From positions 39,062,001-39,126,000 of the forward strand of contig NC_058368.1 in NCBI RefSeq assembly GCF_018350175.1: a stretch of DNA of 64,000 bases, given 5' to 3'. The stretch's first letter is position 1; each line of letters opens with the position of its first letter. Under the pieces are notes generated by a model that was given only the letters and a program-made list of their open reading frames with translations, did not search any database and had not been told where the DNA came from. Of the stretch, positions 1 to 13,290 are shown piece after piece. The DNA comes from Felis catus (taxonomy: Eukaryota). The translations under genes were made by a program, and so were the position numbers.

Positions 1-446
1 TAGTTGTTTTTTTTTTTTCTGAAGTGGAATGTTTAAATTCCTTTCTCATTTTCTTTTGTCTATATGCTATAGCTATTTTATTTGTAGTTACCATGGATAT
101 TATGCCTAACATTTAAAAATTACCACACTGATCCCCAATATTTGGAGAAGAGAGTCCTTTTTTGCTCTTTGTGGCTCCCACAAGCTATGTGCAAGGAACT
201 CCAGGGACACTTGTACAGCTGCCTGCCTTGTATCTAGGAGTGGAGTATGAATAGTTGTTACTGTGCATAGAGTTGAGATTGACTGAAATTAACCACAAAT
301 TACTTTCTAAGCCTTTCCCTGGAGTTAGAAGCCTTCAGTAGACTCCAGAGTTCCATAATAGTTACATCAGCTAGGTTCTGACAGTGCAATTGTTGTCTAG
401 GTGTGGAGACAGATCACTGGTTCTTCTTATTCTGGCATCTTCCCAC
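1..446 (-). mobile_element. Old L1 (L1M-type) fragments including 5' region
   Basis: 'gactgaaattaaccacaaattacttt...agccttcagtagactccagagttcc...ggcatcttccca' resembles the reverse complement of ancient L1M 5' ends (recalled). Confidence 0.55.
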
Positions 447-2304
447 AATAAATATTATTTTGATGAAAGAGTGACTTATCATACAAAGAGCAACTTCCAA
501 AATGTGAAGGACTCAGGAACCCAATCTACCAATAACTTTAAGTGTTCCATTAGGGACTTCAGAATTAAGTAATTTGAATCTCTCTTCCTGTGCCTTAACC
601 AAGTTATTCCTACAAAGTACCCCAAATATGATAAAGCAGGTTTGCATTTCCCAGTGGTATTTAAAAAAAACTTTCAAACTCTCATTGTGTGGAGATGTTA
701 AAAATAAATAAATAAATAAATAAGTTGCTGGAAAACCACATCTAATAAGGCAAACTAGATTCTGATTTTCTTGCAAATTCCTTCTATTAGTTGAAGGTTA
801 CTATGAAATGACCTGAACAGTTTTGTTAGAACATTAAATTACAATAATATAAATATATCCAACAGGGAAAGACAGGAAATATTTTCTTTAACAAAATCAG
901 AAGACCTCTTAGTTTACAGTAAGTACATCATATAAATTTAACCTAATGATTATATTTTTATTGTTTCACTCCAGTTGTTTCCTACTTTCAGAGAGAAGTA
1001 ACACAAATTGAAAAGAATAGTTTTTATTTTAATAAATTAAAGTTATTTTAATTAGTTCAACAGTCATTTTCATTATTTTGTAATGAAAACTTTTATAGTC
1101 CATTTGCTTAATATTATAGTGGTACATATGTTTGCTTATTTGAAGTTGTTAACTCAGGGATTAATGTTAATATTCTATTGTCCAAACAAGGTAATGATAA
1201 TATCGATATTTGCTAATTACCATAAGTAATTGATGCATAAATTTAGTATCACTTGCAATTCTTAGGTATTCATAAACCTCTCATTTGTACTAATAGCACA
1301 GTTGTTTTGAAGTTCTGATGACTTAGAAAGCAATACATGGATAATTATGTATAGACTACAGCTACATTTGTAAAGATTTTATGATAATGAGATGTAACAA
1401 TATATTTCCCAAATGAAATCACTTCAATTTGAATCATATTACATATTATTATTTTCAGTGTTAATGCGTTTATACTCTATCATTTTATCTGTATATAGAA
1501 ATAGATGAACAAGAACAATATCAAGGTGAATTACATTATTATCCCATTCTCTAATAAGGTCCTATTCAATACTGAAAAAATAGAGTAGAATTTGTATTTT
1601 GGAGCTGTTTTTATAATTTTATGTTTTTATACATGCTGCTGATCCAGTTAAAATCTAGAAAATGTTCCCTTCAAAAGAAATCCAATGCTTTGTGATTGGA
1701 TTTAAAATAAATTTTTATAAGATTTCTTGAGTAGTATATTTTAAACATAATTTTAGTATAATTATTGTTTTACAACGCTAGAAATACTTTAAACTTTGTT
1801 ATTTAGCTTATGGTATGCCCCAAACAAAATGTATCTTTAAAATGTTTATTTATAATACCACATTAACCATACTAAAATGCAAGTATTATGAATCTATACA
1901 TAATCATTGTCATGTATTTTTATAGGAGACTAGTTTGAGTTACTATAAGCATCCCTCTGACAAAAAGGAAACACATGAAACTACATGTTGAAATTAAAAG
2001 CTAAAGCAAGTAATCGAGAAATGACAGATTCTAAATTTTACTTCATATTTTTATTTAAACTTAAATTCAGCCTTCTGAAATCAGTGATATTAATATGTCT
2101 GAATCAAGCCAGTGTTGATGTTAAAGTATAATATGTGTGGATTAATGATAGTAAAATATATCACAATCTTATTGTAAATGTTTATTATTATTCTAAAGCC
2201 AAGTAATTTAAAAAGCCATAATTTTTGGACAGAAGTAAACAGTTTTACTTTTTTCAATCCTGATTGACTTTATTAGTAAAATGTCATATTAGTTTTTATT
2301 TTAG

Positions 2305-2509
2305 CTATTTTCTTTTTTAATATTTATTTGTTTTGAGAAGACAGCATGCACAAGCAGGACAGAAAGACAGGGAGAGAGAGAATCCCAAGCAAGCTCCAGG
2401 CTATTAGCTGCGTGCTCAACACAGGGCTCAAACTCATGAACCCTGAGGTCATGACCTGAGCCAAAATCAAGAGTCACACACTTAACTGACTGAGCCACTC
2501 AGTCGCCCC
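2305..2509 (-). mobile_element. Can-SINE (SINEC), older
   Basis: Reverse complement begins GGGGCGACTGAGTGGCTCAGTC; has CT-rich body and A tail; flanked by TSD-like taaaatgt(c)catatt. Confidence 0.95.
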
Positions 2510-2593
2510 TAAAATGTCCATATTATTAAACTTTACGTATTTTTCCAAAATGTGATTAGACTGAATGAAACTTTCAAAATACAAAGTTACATT

Positions 2594-2811
2594 GGAGGCT
2601 CCTGGGTGGCTCCGTCGATTAAGCGGCCGATTTGGCTCAGGTCATGATCTCACGGTTCATGGGTTTGAGCCCCACATCAGGTTCTGTGCTGACAGCTCAG
2701 AGCCTGGAGCCTGTTTCAGATTCCGTGTCTTCCTCTTTCTCTGCCCCTCCCCCACTAGCGCTCTGTCTCTCTCTCTCAAAAATAAATAAACAATAAAAAA
2801 ATTAAAAAAAT
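2594..2811 (+). mobile_element. Can-SINE, felid type (SINEC_Fc-like)
   Basis: tRNA-derived head, 'ctgacagctcagagcctggagcctg', (CT)n, AATAAA and poly-A. Confidence 0.95.
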
Positions 2812-3765
2812 AGTTATAGATTAATTTTGATATTAATTATTCACAAACATTTTAACAAAGCATGAATTAAAATTCACTAGTTTTTTTTGAGAAAAAAGTT
2901 AAGAATGTTATATACATAAAGCCTTATGTTTTTTGTAATTTTAAAAACATTAAGATACATATTGAATTTTATAAGAGTATATTATTTTAAATTCATTTTA
3001 TGACATATTTCAAAAATAAGCTCTATTTATACAGTTGAGTCAGAAATTATGTTATTTCATTATATTTTCCATTTTAAAATATATGGTAGTGGAAAATTAT
3101 TCATGACACAAAGTCAAAAATGTAACAGAAAAAGGAACATAACAGCAAGTGAAAGAGCCAAAATATCGTTTATAAATAACTTCTCTTAAAATTTGTCATT
3201 TGATACTAGACATATCAATTGTTGTAAATAATTCTGGATGATTATTTGCTGTCATTTTTGCAAGGATCTCTGCATAGCAATTTGCTGGTATTTGTTACGC
3301 AACTTTCATATGCATACCAATTAACTACAAAAATGAAACTAATTAAAATTTTCTGGAATCTGATGATAATTAAAACACTTTTGTTTTGTGCATTTGCAAA
3401 TTCTGTCTTCTTTCATCATAACAAAATTATTGGTAGTTAGGTATTGCTAGTCTAATTTGTCAAATAATGCTTAGAGTTTATAAATATATGCCATATATTA
3501 TAAAAGAATAGCTAGGATTTAAAACCACGGCTTTGAATGATAAAATGTATGTCTCTCCCAATGAGTAGATTATTCTTTAAGATTTTCACGTAGGTTATTT
3601 CCCAGGATGTAATCTTTGAGAACAAAACATAAAAGGAACGGAAAATATATTGACAAAATTTTCAAAATACAGTAATCTGTGTACATTAGAGACTCCTATA
3701 AATCAGCATAAAAGAAACACATGAAATCCAGTGTAAAGTTGATTAAAAGATTTTCATAGTCTCTT

Positions 3766-3954
3766 TGTTGGGAGAACATTCCACATGGCATATCTACATA
3801 TATCAGTTTTTGTTTTGGACTATCTATTTACATGTATTTATATGGTCAACAGCTTAGAGTTTTGCCTATTTTAACCTAAATGAGTAGAATAATTACTTTT
3901 TTGTTTTTGTTGTTAGAGAGTGAGGAAGGGCAGAAGGAGAGAGGGAGAGAGGGG

Positions 3955-3991
<37 letters not shown>

Positions 3992-4646
3992 GAAGAGAGA
4001 AAGAGAGCTCCCAAGCAAGCTCCACGCTTAGCATGGAGCCCCATGTGAAGCTCCATCCCATGATGCTGGGATCATGACCTGAACTGAAATCAAGAGTTAG
4101 ACCCTCAACTGTGACTGAGCCACCCAGGCACCCCTAGAATAATGAATTAATGTTCTCTTGTACACCTTAACATTAGCAAAATGTTTCATCTTATTTTGCT
4201 TATAATTTATTTTTTCCCATACATTTATAATATTCTTTTGTTTCATCACAACATAATTTCCTTCTCTTTTTTGAAGGGCAATTAAGGTATTATCTGTCTC
4301 AGGGTGCAGAGAGTATATTTGTTTCCTAGAAAGATGCATTCTTCTCAGGCAAAGGCAGTGTAGTTTTGCTAGAAGTACTCTACAAAAACTTGAGTTCCTC
4401 AGCTGTGTCACAAAACCATTAGTCTATCTAGGCCAATCTCTAAACTGCCTTGAAAGTACCTGAGGAACAAAAGCAACAGAAGACAACATGAAGCCTACGC
4501 TGTCTGCTGTGCTATGAATAATAAAGTCATTTTGATCTGACCCATGGATCCTTTGTCATCTGCCAGCATCTCTGACTGTATCAGTCTAATTTGTTAGCTT
4601 ATAATATAAGCAGAGTAAAATTTCAAATATGTCACAGTTCTAGACA
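3766..4646 (+). mobile_element. MER34-group ERV1 solo LTR, interrupted at ~3860-4325
   Basis: Starts tgttgggagaac; 3' part 'aataaagtcattttgatctgaccc...tgccagcatc...ttgttagctt...cacagttctagaca' matches the recalled MER34/MER39-type LTR end (TG...CA). Confidence 0.6.
3896..4134 (-). mobile_element. Can-SINE with expanded (GA)n
   Basis: Ends gagccacccaggcacccc; TSD tagaataat on both sides. Confidence 0.95.
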
Positions 4647-4674
4647 CATTTTGCTTAAAACTAAAATCTGAATT

Positions 4675-4880
4675 GGGGTACCTGGGTGACTCAGTCGGTT
4701 AAGTGTCCCAACTCTTGATTTTGGCTTTGGTCATGATCATGGTCCATGGGATCGAGCCCCTCATTGGGTTCTGTGCTGACATTGTGGAGCCTGCTTGGGA
4801 TTCTGTCTCCCTCTGTCTGCCCTCACCCACTCAGTCTCTCTCTTTCTCAAAATGGATGAATAACTTAAAAAAGAAAACAA
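4675..4880 (+). mobile_element. Can-SINE
   Basis: ggggtacctgggtgactcagtcggttaag head, CT-rich region, A-rich tail. Confidence 0.95.
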
Positions 4881-5169
4881 TCTTTTAAAAATAAGTAAGT
4901 AAAGTCTAAATAGCCAATATATATGTACAATGATGAACAAAAAGATAATGTTATAAGCAAAATATGAAGAATCATGCACTTACTGTTGAGTACAAAAGGA
5001 TATCTCAGGAGAGTATTAGTTTATTGATATATTCATTTTGAGTTAAAATGTGTAAAACTAAACTAAAACATTCTGTAATGTATGTATGGTTTATAATCTA
5101 TTGAGAAAGAAAATCTGAATCACTTAAAGAATGTAGTTACAATATTGTGTGATATTGGGAAGAGTGCAG

Positions 5170-5790
5170 ATAGAGCGGTTATTTATCTGCAGTGTGAGAG
5201 AAGAATCTGGTTTGGGTATAAGAATTGTCAACATACATGTAGCATTTAATTCCTTGATACTGAATGCCATTACCAACAGAGAGTATATATGGCAATGACC
5301 AAGGACTGATCCCCAGAATTTTTCAACAGTAATCATCAAGGCAAAGAGAGAGTACCATTAAATAATTTTGGCAAGGAGTGATAGGTATGGTACAGGGAAA
5401 ATCAGCAGACTAGGGTGTCCCAGAAGACAATTGCAAAATTTTATCAAGGAGCAGAAAGTGCTACTCTTCATCAGATGTCACTGAGTACTTGAGTAAAATG
5501 AGAACTAAATATAATACATAAAATATAGTCTAAAATACAAGTATTTTGTATAGTAACATGGAGTTCAGATGACCATGACAAGTGCCATTTTTGTGGAGTG
5601 CTGAGAGTGAATGTCAGATTTAGCAGAAGATAGGAGAACAACAAACAAGAACAAGAATGGAAAGAAATTTGAGCAGCTCTAACAAAATATTTGGAGAATA
5701 GCTGTCAGGAGAACAGGTTCAAGAGAATTTACTTCATGGAAAAATGTCAGCATGTATTTATACTGAAGAAAGTGCTAGAGTAGAGATCAA
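5170..5790 (-). mobile_element. L2 LINE relic
   Basis: Purine-rich decayed L2 motifs such as 'gaattgtcaacatacatgtagcatttaa...gaccaaggactgatcccc'. Confidence 0.6.
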
Positions 5791-5804
5791 AGAAACATCT
5801 AATG

Positions 5805-7075
5805 TTGAGAATGATGTCATCAAAAATGGTGGAATAAGTACCTCCAAAAACTTTCCCCATAGAAGTACCGTATAAACCTACTAAAGTTTTCACAATCAAG
5901 TTTTTCAGAAAACTGGAAATCAACCAACAACTTGAAATGAAGTCAAATGAAGACTACATTTGAAAAATAAAGGAAGAAAAAATACATAAGACACATAGAA
6001 TACAAGTAGCACAATGAGAAATAAATCCTACATTAACAACAGCATTACACATGAATTGATTAAACACTCCAGTTAAAAGCAGACATTGGCAAAATGGATG
6101 AGAAAATATGATCCAACTATATACTGTCTACAGGATACACAATTGGGATTTAAAGGCACAAAGTTTGAAAGTAAGAGATTAGGTAAAGAACTATTATGCA
6201 AATAGTAACCAAAAAAAAAAAAAAACTGGAAATGTAAAAACATGAAGTCACTAGACTATAAGAAAACCTTTGTTACTATAGACAAAGAAAGACATAAAAG
6301 CATCAGTCCATCAATAAGATATAATAGTTCTAAGCATTATGTATACCTAACAACAGAGCCCCCAAATATGAAACAAAACCTGAGAGAATTAAAGAGAAAA
6401 GTAGATAGTTCAACAATATAAATTAGTGACTTCAATACCATGCTTTCAATAATGGATATAATAAGTAGGCAAAAGAAAACAAAAAGAAATGATATCTGAA
6501 CAATACTATATAGCAAACTGGACCTCACAGAAGTCTATAGAACATTCCAGCCAACAAGTGTAGAATATATATTCTTTCTGAACTACACATAGAATATTTT
6601 CCAGAGTAGACTGTATGTTAGACTATAAAACTCTCAAAGAATATAAGGATTGAAGTAATTAAAAAAAATATGTTCTTTAGCCACAATAGAATGAAATTGA
6701 AAGTCAGTAAAAGAAGTAAATTGGGGAAATTCACAAACATCTAGAAATTTTTTAAATAAAAACCATTGAGTCAAATACTCAGAAGAAAATACTTTGAAAT
6801 AAATGAAGGAATGAAGATAAAAACACAACATACAAAAACTTACGGAATGTAGTGGAATCAGTGCTTAGAGGAAAATTTTTAGTTTTAAATGTCTCTAGAA
6901 ACAGAGAGGGAAAGATCTCAGAACAATCTAATTTTTTACCTTAACATATTGGAAAAAGAAGAGCAAACTAAACCTAAAGTAAAAAGAATGAAATAGATGA
7001 GACATAAAAATACGAATAAAATAGAGAAAATCAACCAGCTCAAATATTGATTCTTTGAAATAAATCAAAAATAAA
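5805..7075 (+). mobile_element. Old L1: 5' piece plus ORF2 endonuclease region, decayed
   Basis: 'gatccaactatatactgtctacaggatacac' (DPTICCLQETH-like EN motif), 'gacttcaataccatgctttcaataatgga'; A-rich with many stops. Confidence 0.85.
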
Positions 7076-7225
7076 GCAATGGTTTAATCATCTAATTAAA
7101 GTGATATTGACTAAAATTGTTTCTCTTCTCAATTGATTCCTTACTGCCTAGAATTGCCTAATACATAATATGCATTAAATATGTTACCTTTCTAAGTTAA
7201 TAGTTTTTAATAAAGCTAAATGCCT

Positions 7226-7650
7226 AGTAATAGATTGCAAAAATAGCCTCAATTCTTTATTTTTTTCTCCCTCCCACATCATTTGCCATATAAACTTCTA
7301 CATTTTCATTCTGATCCTATGTTTAGCCATGTGACTTTTTTGGCCTGTGAAATGTTGGTAAACAGAACATAAGCAGAGGACTAATAGACTTTAACACCTG
7401 ATTAGGCTTACTCTCACTTCTTTTAATCAGGGATTTCTGTGAGAATGTCCCTAGGCTAGCCTGGTGGAGAATGAAAAACATGTGAAGAACAGACATGTGG
7501 TCCAGGTGGTCTCAGCCAAAGCCATCTGAGATTATATCATAAATAGCTCGCTGATAGCATGTGAGTGAGCTTGACCAGGAGCAACAGAGGTGTTTTGACA
7601 ACCATCCTAGATATGAAAGCAGTAGATTCTTACTATTATATGATGCTGGG
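7226..7650 (+). mobile_element. MaLR LTR (MLT1F/H-like)
   Basis: 'gccatgtgacttttttggcc...ctaggctagcctggtggagaatg...catgtgagtgag' are MLT1 motifs. Confidence 0.65.
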
Positions 7651-7739
7651 TTTGCTGTGTTAACGTATGTTATAAAATATATGTTATATAATATATCTAA
7701 CATAATTACATATGTAATATTTCTAGAATATCAGAGATA

Positions 7740-8147
7740 TTAAGATTGCAGATAGAATTAAGGTTGCTAATCACCTGACCTTGGTATGGGGAGATTAACT
7801 TGGATTTCACATGGGCCCAATGTATTCAAGAGTCTTTATTAAATGAAAAGAGGGAGGCAAAAAAGTCAGTGTCCATATCAGTGTGGTGCAATGTGAGAAA
7901 GACTCACTCTGTCATTGCTTACTTTAAAGGTGAAAGGGGATCACAAACCAAGGAATACAGGTGGTCTGCAGAAGTTAAAGCAAGTCTAAAGTTTCCAGAA
8001 AGGCATACATCCCTGCCAGCATCTTGATTGTAGCTCAGTGAGATCATTTTGGATTTCTGACTACCAGAATTGTAAATAATAAATTTGTGTTGTTTTAAGT
8101 CAATAAGTATGTGGTAATTTGTATAGCAGCAATAAGAAACTAATACA
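7740..8147 (+). mobile_element. MaLR LTR (MLT1D-like)
   Basis: 'gcagatagaattaaggttgctaatca...aataaatttgtgttgttttaag...gcagcaataagaaactaataca'. Confidence 0.85.
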
Positions 8148-9338
8148 CATATGAATATTGTGTAGGATGTGTATGTATATAATTTAATGTTATTGTAATG
8201 GTGTATTCTGTGTATTATTATAATAATTCACACCATAGGACAGTTATTTCCATTTAATAGAATATAATTAGGTATGGACAATGAATAGAATTAGGTATGG
8301 ACATTAAAAGTGATATCGCTTCCATATTAAACCAAGATCTGTTTGAATTCAAATCCTGGGATTTCAATTAGTGCATGAAACTGTTGCTATTATGCCATTT
8401 ACCCAAATGTTATCTATTTTCTCCAATGTAGTCCCACAATATTTAATACTTTATATTTCAAAATGTTAAATTATGTGGTTAAATCAGCTAATATACTTCA
8501 TGAAAGAAATAATTTCTAATGTTAGAGATTTACCTTTTACAAAACTATTCACATGATATTATATTTTCAATGACTCACCCTAGAACTACTAATAGTAGTC
8601 ATTGTAAAAGCACAGACCATCTTCTTCAGAGAAAAATATTCATATATACAGCCCTAATTTTATTGCTAGATGTGTAAAGCAGTTGAATAAATTCCAGGTG
8701 TCTAGTAAGCTGTACTTTTTAAAAGGCATTATTTCAACAGAGGTGAACGTTAACATATCTGAAAAATATTTTTCTGGCTATTCCATTTGTTCAGATGGCA
8801 GTAGATTACTCAAGGTTGAATCCAAAATAAGTCTATTAAATGAGTTTTTTTTTTAAGAAATAAATCATTAGATCCTAAGTTGGAAAGAACGTAAATATTC
8901 TATAACAAGTGTTTTCAGATATGATTAGTTTTCAGTGGTTGGTCTGTCTCAGTCATTTGGTAACACAGATCAGTTAAACACTTTATTAACTTATGATTCT
9001 TTTTTTTGTTGTTGTTATTCTCACAAGATTCCATGCTATACTGATGACATAAGGAAACTATTTCTATTTTGAGTGAGAAATGGGAGCTTGCAAATCAAGA
9101 GATTAGAGGGTAACTGTTATGGGCCAAGCTGTTGCTTGGAAGAAAAGTAAAGAAATTTAAAATAATAAGAGTTAATTTATATGCCACTGGATTAAGGTAG
9201 TTTTGTGCCAAACATGTTGAACCCCCTTCAGAAATCATCAGGAATGGTTTATATACCATGACCATTTTTAGGGTATCATGTTGACCCACTTTGAGCTTTA
9301 AATATTTTGCAGGATGTTTTAAAATAATAAAACATTTA

Positions 9339-9568
9339 GGGGCGCCTGGGTGGCTCAGTCGGTTAAGCGTCTGACTTCAGCTCAGGTCAAGATCTCGTGG
9401 TCCGTGAGTTCGAGCCCTGCGTCGGGCTCTGGGCTGATGGCTCAGAGCCTGGAGCCTGCTTCCGATTCTGTGTCTCCCTCTCTCTCTGCCCCCCCCCCCC
9501 TCGTTCATGCTCTGTATCTCTCTCTCTGTCTCAAAAATAAATAAACGTTAAAAAAAATTAAAAAAATT
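9339..9568 (+). mobile_element. Young felid Can-SINE
   Basis: GGGGCGCCTGGGTGGCTCAGTCGGTTAAGCG head with CpGs retained; TSD ataaaacattta at 9327-9338 and 9569-9580. Confidence 0.97.
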
Positions 9569-11704
9569 ATAAAACATTTATAGAGTGTAACATTTCATAA
9601 AAATATTAAAAATAATTTGTATGTGTAATAATTATTATGCTAGTATCATAATTTTTCATAGATTTTTTTAAAAACATGGTATTACTCTCTTAGTTTAACT
9701 GCACTTCAGGGTTGTGCAACTATACATTAGAACTCTATACTTCCCTACCTATATTTTCTGATGTACTTGCAGACAAAATTTTCTGTGTCCTACATAACAT
9801 ACATTATTCTACTGGTCCTAGTCATGAGCTTCATGGTTTTATTGCACTGTATATCACTTTATACAATCTGGTCTGTAAAAGGGTACCCCTAACGTACCTA
9901 TCGCAGTATGTATTCTTAGTTGTAGCCAGAATGAACAGAAAACACTGGTCAAAATCTGTCAGTTTACTAACAGGAGATGTGTTCATAGATAACCAGTGTG
10001 CTGACACACACATGCAGACTTATTGGTATTATTGAGGTTAAGAAGCTGAAAAAGGGAATATGTGAATTTACATACATACACATGCATGCACACGCACACA
10101 TACACACACATACACATACTTTTTTTTTTTGGTCTGAGTTTCTTAATCTATAAAGTATTAATCTTCCTGCAAAAATATACTAAACATTAACTGTACGTAA
10201 GGCATATAGAATAATTGATTAACTTATGGCACATAATGAATTCTCAGTAAATGAAATCATTACTGTTTGTTATTATTATTGCTATTTATTATAAAAGACA
10301 ATTGAGAAACTTATTTAGGTTTATATTTCCTAGTCTTCCATAGTATTTGAATTTCTTTTTTTTTGGAGCTATCATTTGCCCTCTACATTGTTCCTACTCC
10401 ATAAGGAAAAGAAAAAAGAGAAAGCAAGATTTGATGTCATCAGTATTGAAGTAATTGTTGCTCAGGCAAAAGAAATGGATAATTATATAGGAAAAAATGG
10501 TAGATAAAATTGGTAAATAAAAGTAAATAAAAGCATGGGCCCTACACTCAGACCTGGATTCACAATATAGTACTGCCATATCCAACAATATTACTTTGTT
10601 CCTGTTATTTGCATTTCATGATTCTAAGTATCCTTTTCTGTAAGGTAAAGAAAAAAAACCTCTACAGAATTATTAAGTATTTAATGAAAAAGTAAATGTG
10701 ATGTTCATTGTGTATATAATGTTCATTACTTCGTTAAGGACCAATACATGTTAGTTGTTACAATTATTATAATTATTGCTATTTTATCTATGGCCACTAC
10801 TTTAAGAGTCTGTCTATTATGGACCTGTAGCAATCATTAAATTTCTTCTCTTAACTACAAAAGTTTTACATTCTTAATCTATTTTAAATCTGATCATATT
10901 GCTAATTTGACAAAACAAACAAGATCAGAGTGAGGAAATTTCAAACTAACTAATGATGTACTATATCAGAAGGAAAAGTCTGTTTTAGATCCTTGATAGA
11001 ATATCACCAAAATTATTGAATTTCAGAAACCATTAGTTGGAGACTGCTGTATTCTGTGAGAGTTCTTAATAGACATAGTAAGAGCCAACAGTCAAATTTG
11101 ATTGAAATGATGAATCAAATTTTTCTAAAACTGCTCCTAGTGCTGAGTTTATAGAAATTAGTAATGTAATTGTGATCTCTGCTACTTTTGAATATGACTT
11201 TGATAATGTACTAAGTTAACTAATTCTTTTTAAGGATATCCTTGTGAGATAAAGGTTTATTTAATAAATTAACTGTGGTTTTCCCTAAAAGAACATAAAC
11301 ACAAAGAAGTTTTAGCAATGATTGATCCATTTTATTTAGGTCTCACTTTACCTCTGGAATTTGCTTTTAATCTTACTTTAATTCATATTTTCAATTTTAT
11401 TCAAGGAGACATTACATTAACAGAGTAAAAGCATAAGACTGCATAATAATTATCTTAAGTTATGGAAATATTTCCTGTAGATAAAAACACATAGACAAAT
11501 ATGAAAATGCATTAGTATAAATCAGCAAATTGGAGAATAAAAATAAGAAAGCCCTTAAAAATAAGAGGTAGAGCTATTCTCCTAAAACACAAGAAAAATG
11601 CATTTTTTTAAATGACAGTAAAATGAACAAACATGAAGAATAAAGATAGGAGATCCTACAATAATATACCAGGTATTCCAGCAAGTGTAAAGTGAGGAAA
11701 TAGT

Positions 11705-12240
11705 TCATTCACATATCCACATATCCATTCATTCATCTATTCATTTATGATCCAACAATATTTATATATTCCAGAAACCTCTCTCAGAGTTGAACACAGA
11801 GTGGTAAATTTGAGGGAAAAAAATAACCTACTCTTAAGAAGCTCGTATGGGACATGCAATGGCTGGAATTATCTGAGGATAGATAGACAAAAAAAAGTAT
11901 GTAACATGGTAGATAGTAAGAAGTGCGATTGAATTTTAAAAAACAAAGTTATAAAGCGCATTGGGAGTGTGAGTTTCATGTGAATGGATGTTGGTGTGCT
12001 AGTTTTGCTGAAATATCTGTGTTATCTGTGAAAGTGTCATTGGAACAGACTGGATAGAAGGCTGGAGCGAAGACTGGGCACGTGGCTACTGGGTAGAGGA
12101 GTGTTAACAGACAAAAAGCAAAAGTAAATGTAAAACCGTTAGTCAAGGATGTGTTTGCAATGTCTGAGGAACAACCAGAAGTCCTGTTAGAGGTGGAGTG
12201 GTAGGGAGGGTGTTAGGAGAGGTAACCAAACAATAGTCAG
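11705..12240 (-). mobile_element. L2 3' end relic
   Basis: (cattc/attc)n-like terminus followed by decayed purine-rich L2 sequence. Confidence 0.6.
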
Positions 12241-13065
12241 CATAAACAAAAGATGATGGCCAGATAAGTTTAAAAAAGGAAATTTCTCTATCTGAAGAAC
12301 TATTTTAGTGTAGAGATCAAATGAGTTAATATTAATAGGTAACATTGATGAAGATAAGTTTGTAATTCGATAGACTTTGGTGCTTTAAACAAACAAAAAA
12401 CTAATAAAGAAGAAACCCTACAGTCAAGCAGATAAAAATGGAGAAATAATGAGGTTGACGTTAGGCTGTTCTGCATCACTAAATGTCAGAAGACAAGGGC
12501 TCATTATCAGCATTATGTGAAAAAAAAGTTTGCATGCCCTCTGTGACATAACCCGTCAGGCTGTCTTTTACATGGGAAGATGAGAAAAGGGCATTCCTTG
12601 ACATGCAAGGAGTCAGAGAGTATGCTATTTCTATAATCCCTTTAGGAAAAAATTAAAGACCACAGGATATGAATTGGCAGCGGTGGGGAAAAGATTTGTA
12701 AAATAAACAGAGAATATCAATGACTATAGTACATTTACAGAAATTCTAAATAAGTGATGCTAACATAATTATGAAGCAATATGTTGAAATTTCTTTAAAA
12801 ATAAGCTATTATAAAAATCTTAATAAAATCTGAGAAAAAATATTTCACTTTGACGAGATTTTATATAGATGATAGAGGATTGAATAAGAACAAAACCATA
12901 TGGAAGCATGAGGGAAATGTTCTTTGCAACAACAACGATAACTAACGAATTGTATAGTTTTATGCCAGGATCTGCTTAGAGAACAATTTTATTTAGGAAC
13001 GAGAATATAAACCTCCCAACAATGTGACACAGTGTTGCCTCTAATCAGAATCAAAGTTTTAAACC

Positions 13066-13290
13066 GGCGGGTGGCTCGGTAGGTTGAGCCTTTGACTCTT
13101 GATTTCTGCTCAGGTCATGATCTCACAGTTCCTGAGATGGAGCCTGGCTTTGGGCTCTGTGCTGAGAATGTGGAGCCCTGCTTGGGAGTCTCTCTGTCTC
13201 CCACCCCCACTCCCCTCTCTCCCCCACTTCCCCACTCGCATGCATGCACTCTCTCCCTCTCTCTCTCTCAAAATAAATAACAACAACAAA
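13066..13290 (+). mobile_element. Can-SINE
   Basis: SINE head, body and tail; TSD agttttaaacc. Confidence 0.93.

Noticed and set aside
4978..5070. Strong minus-strand donor CA|GTAAGT
   Set aside because: It lies within a decayed L1 3' fragment.
8573..8630. Minus-strand 45-nt exon candidate (KMVCAFTMTTISSSR|gtgagt)
   Set aside because: Peptide not recognised and no phase-compatible partner exon found.
9339..9420. tRNA-like A/B boxes here and in the other SINE heads
   Set aside because: These are tRNA-derived Can-SINE heads, not tRNA genes.
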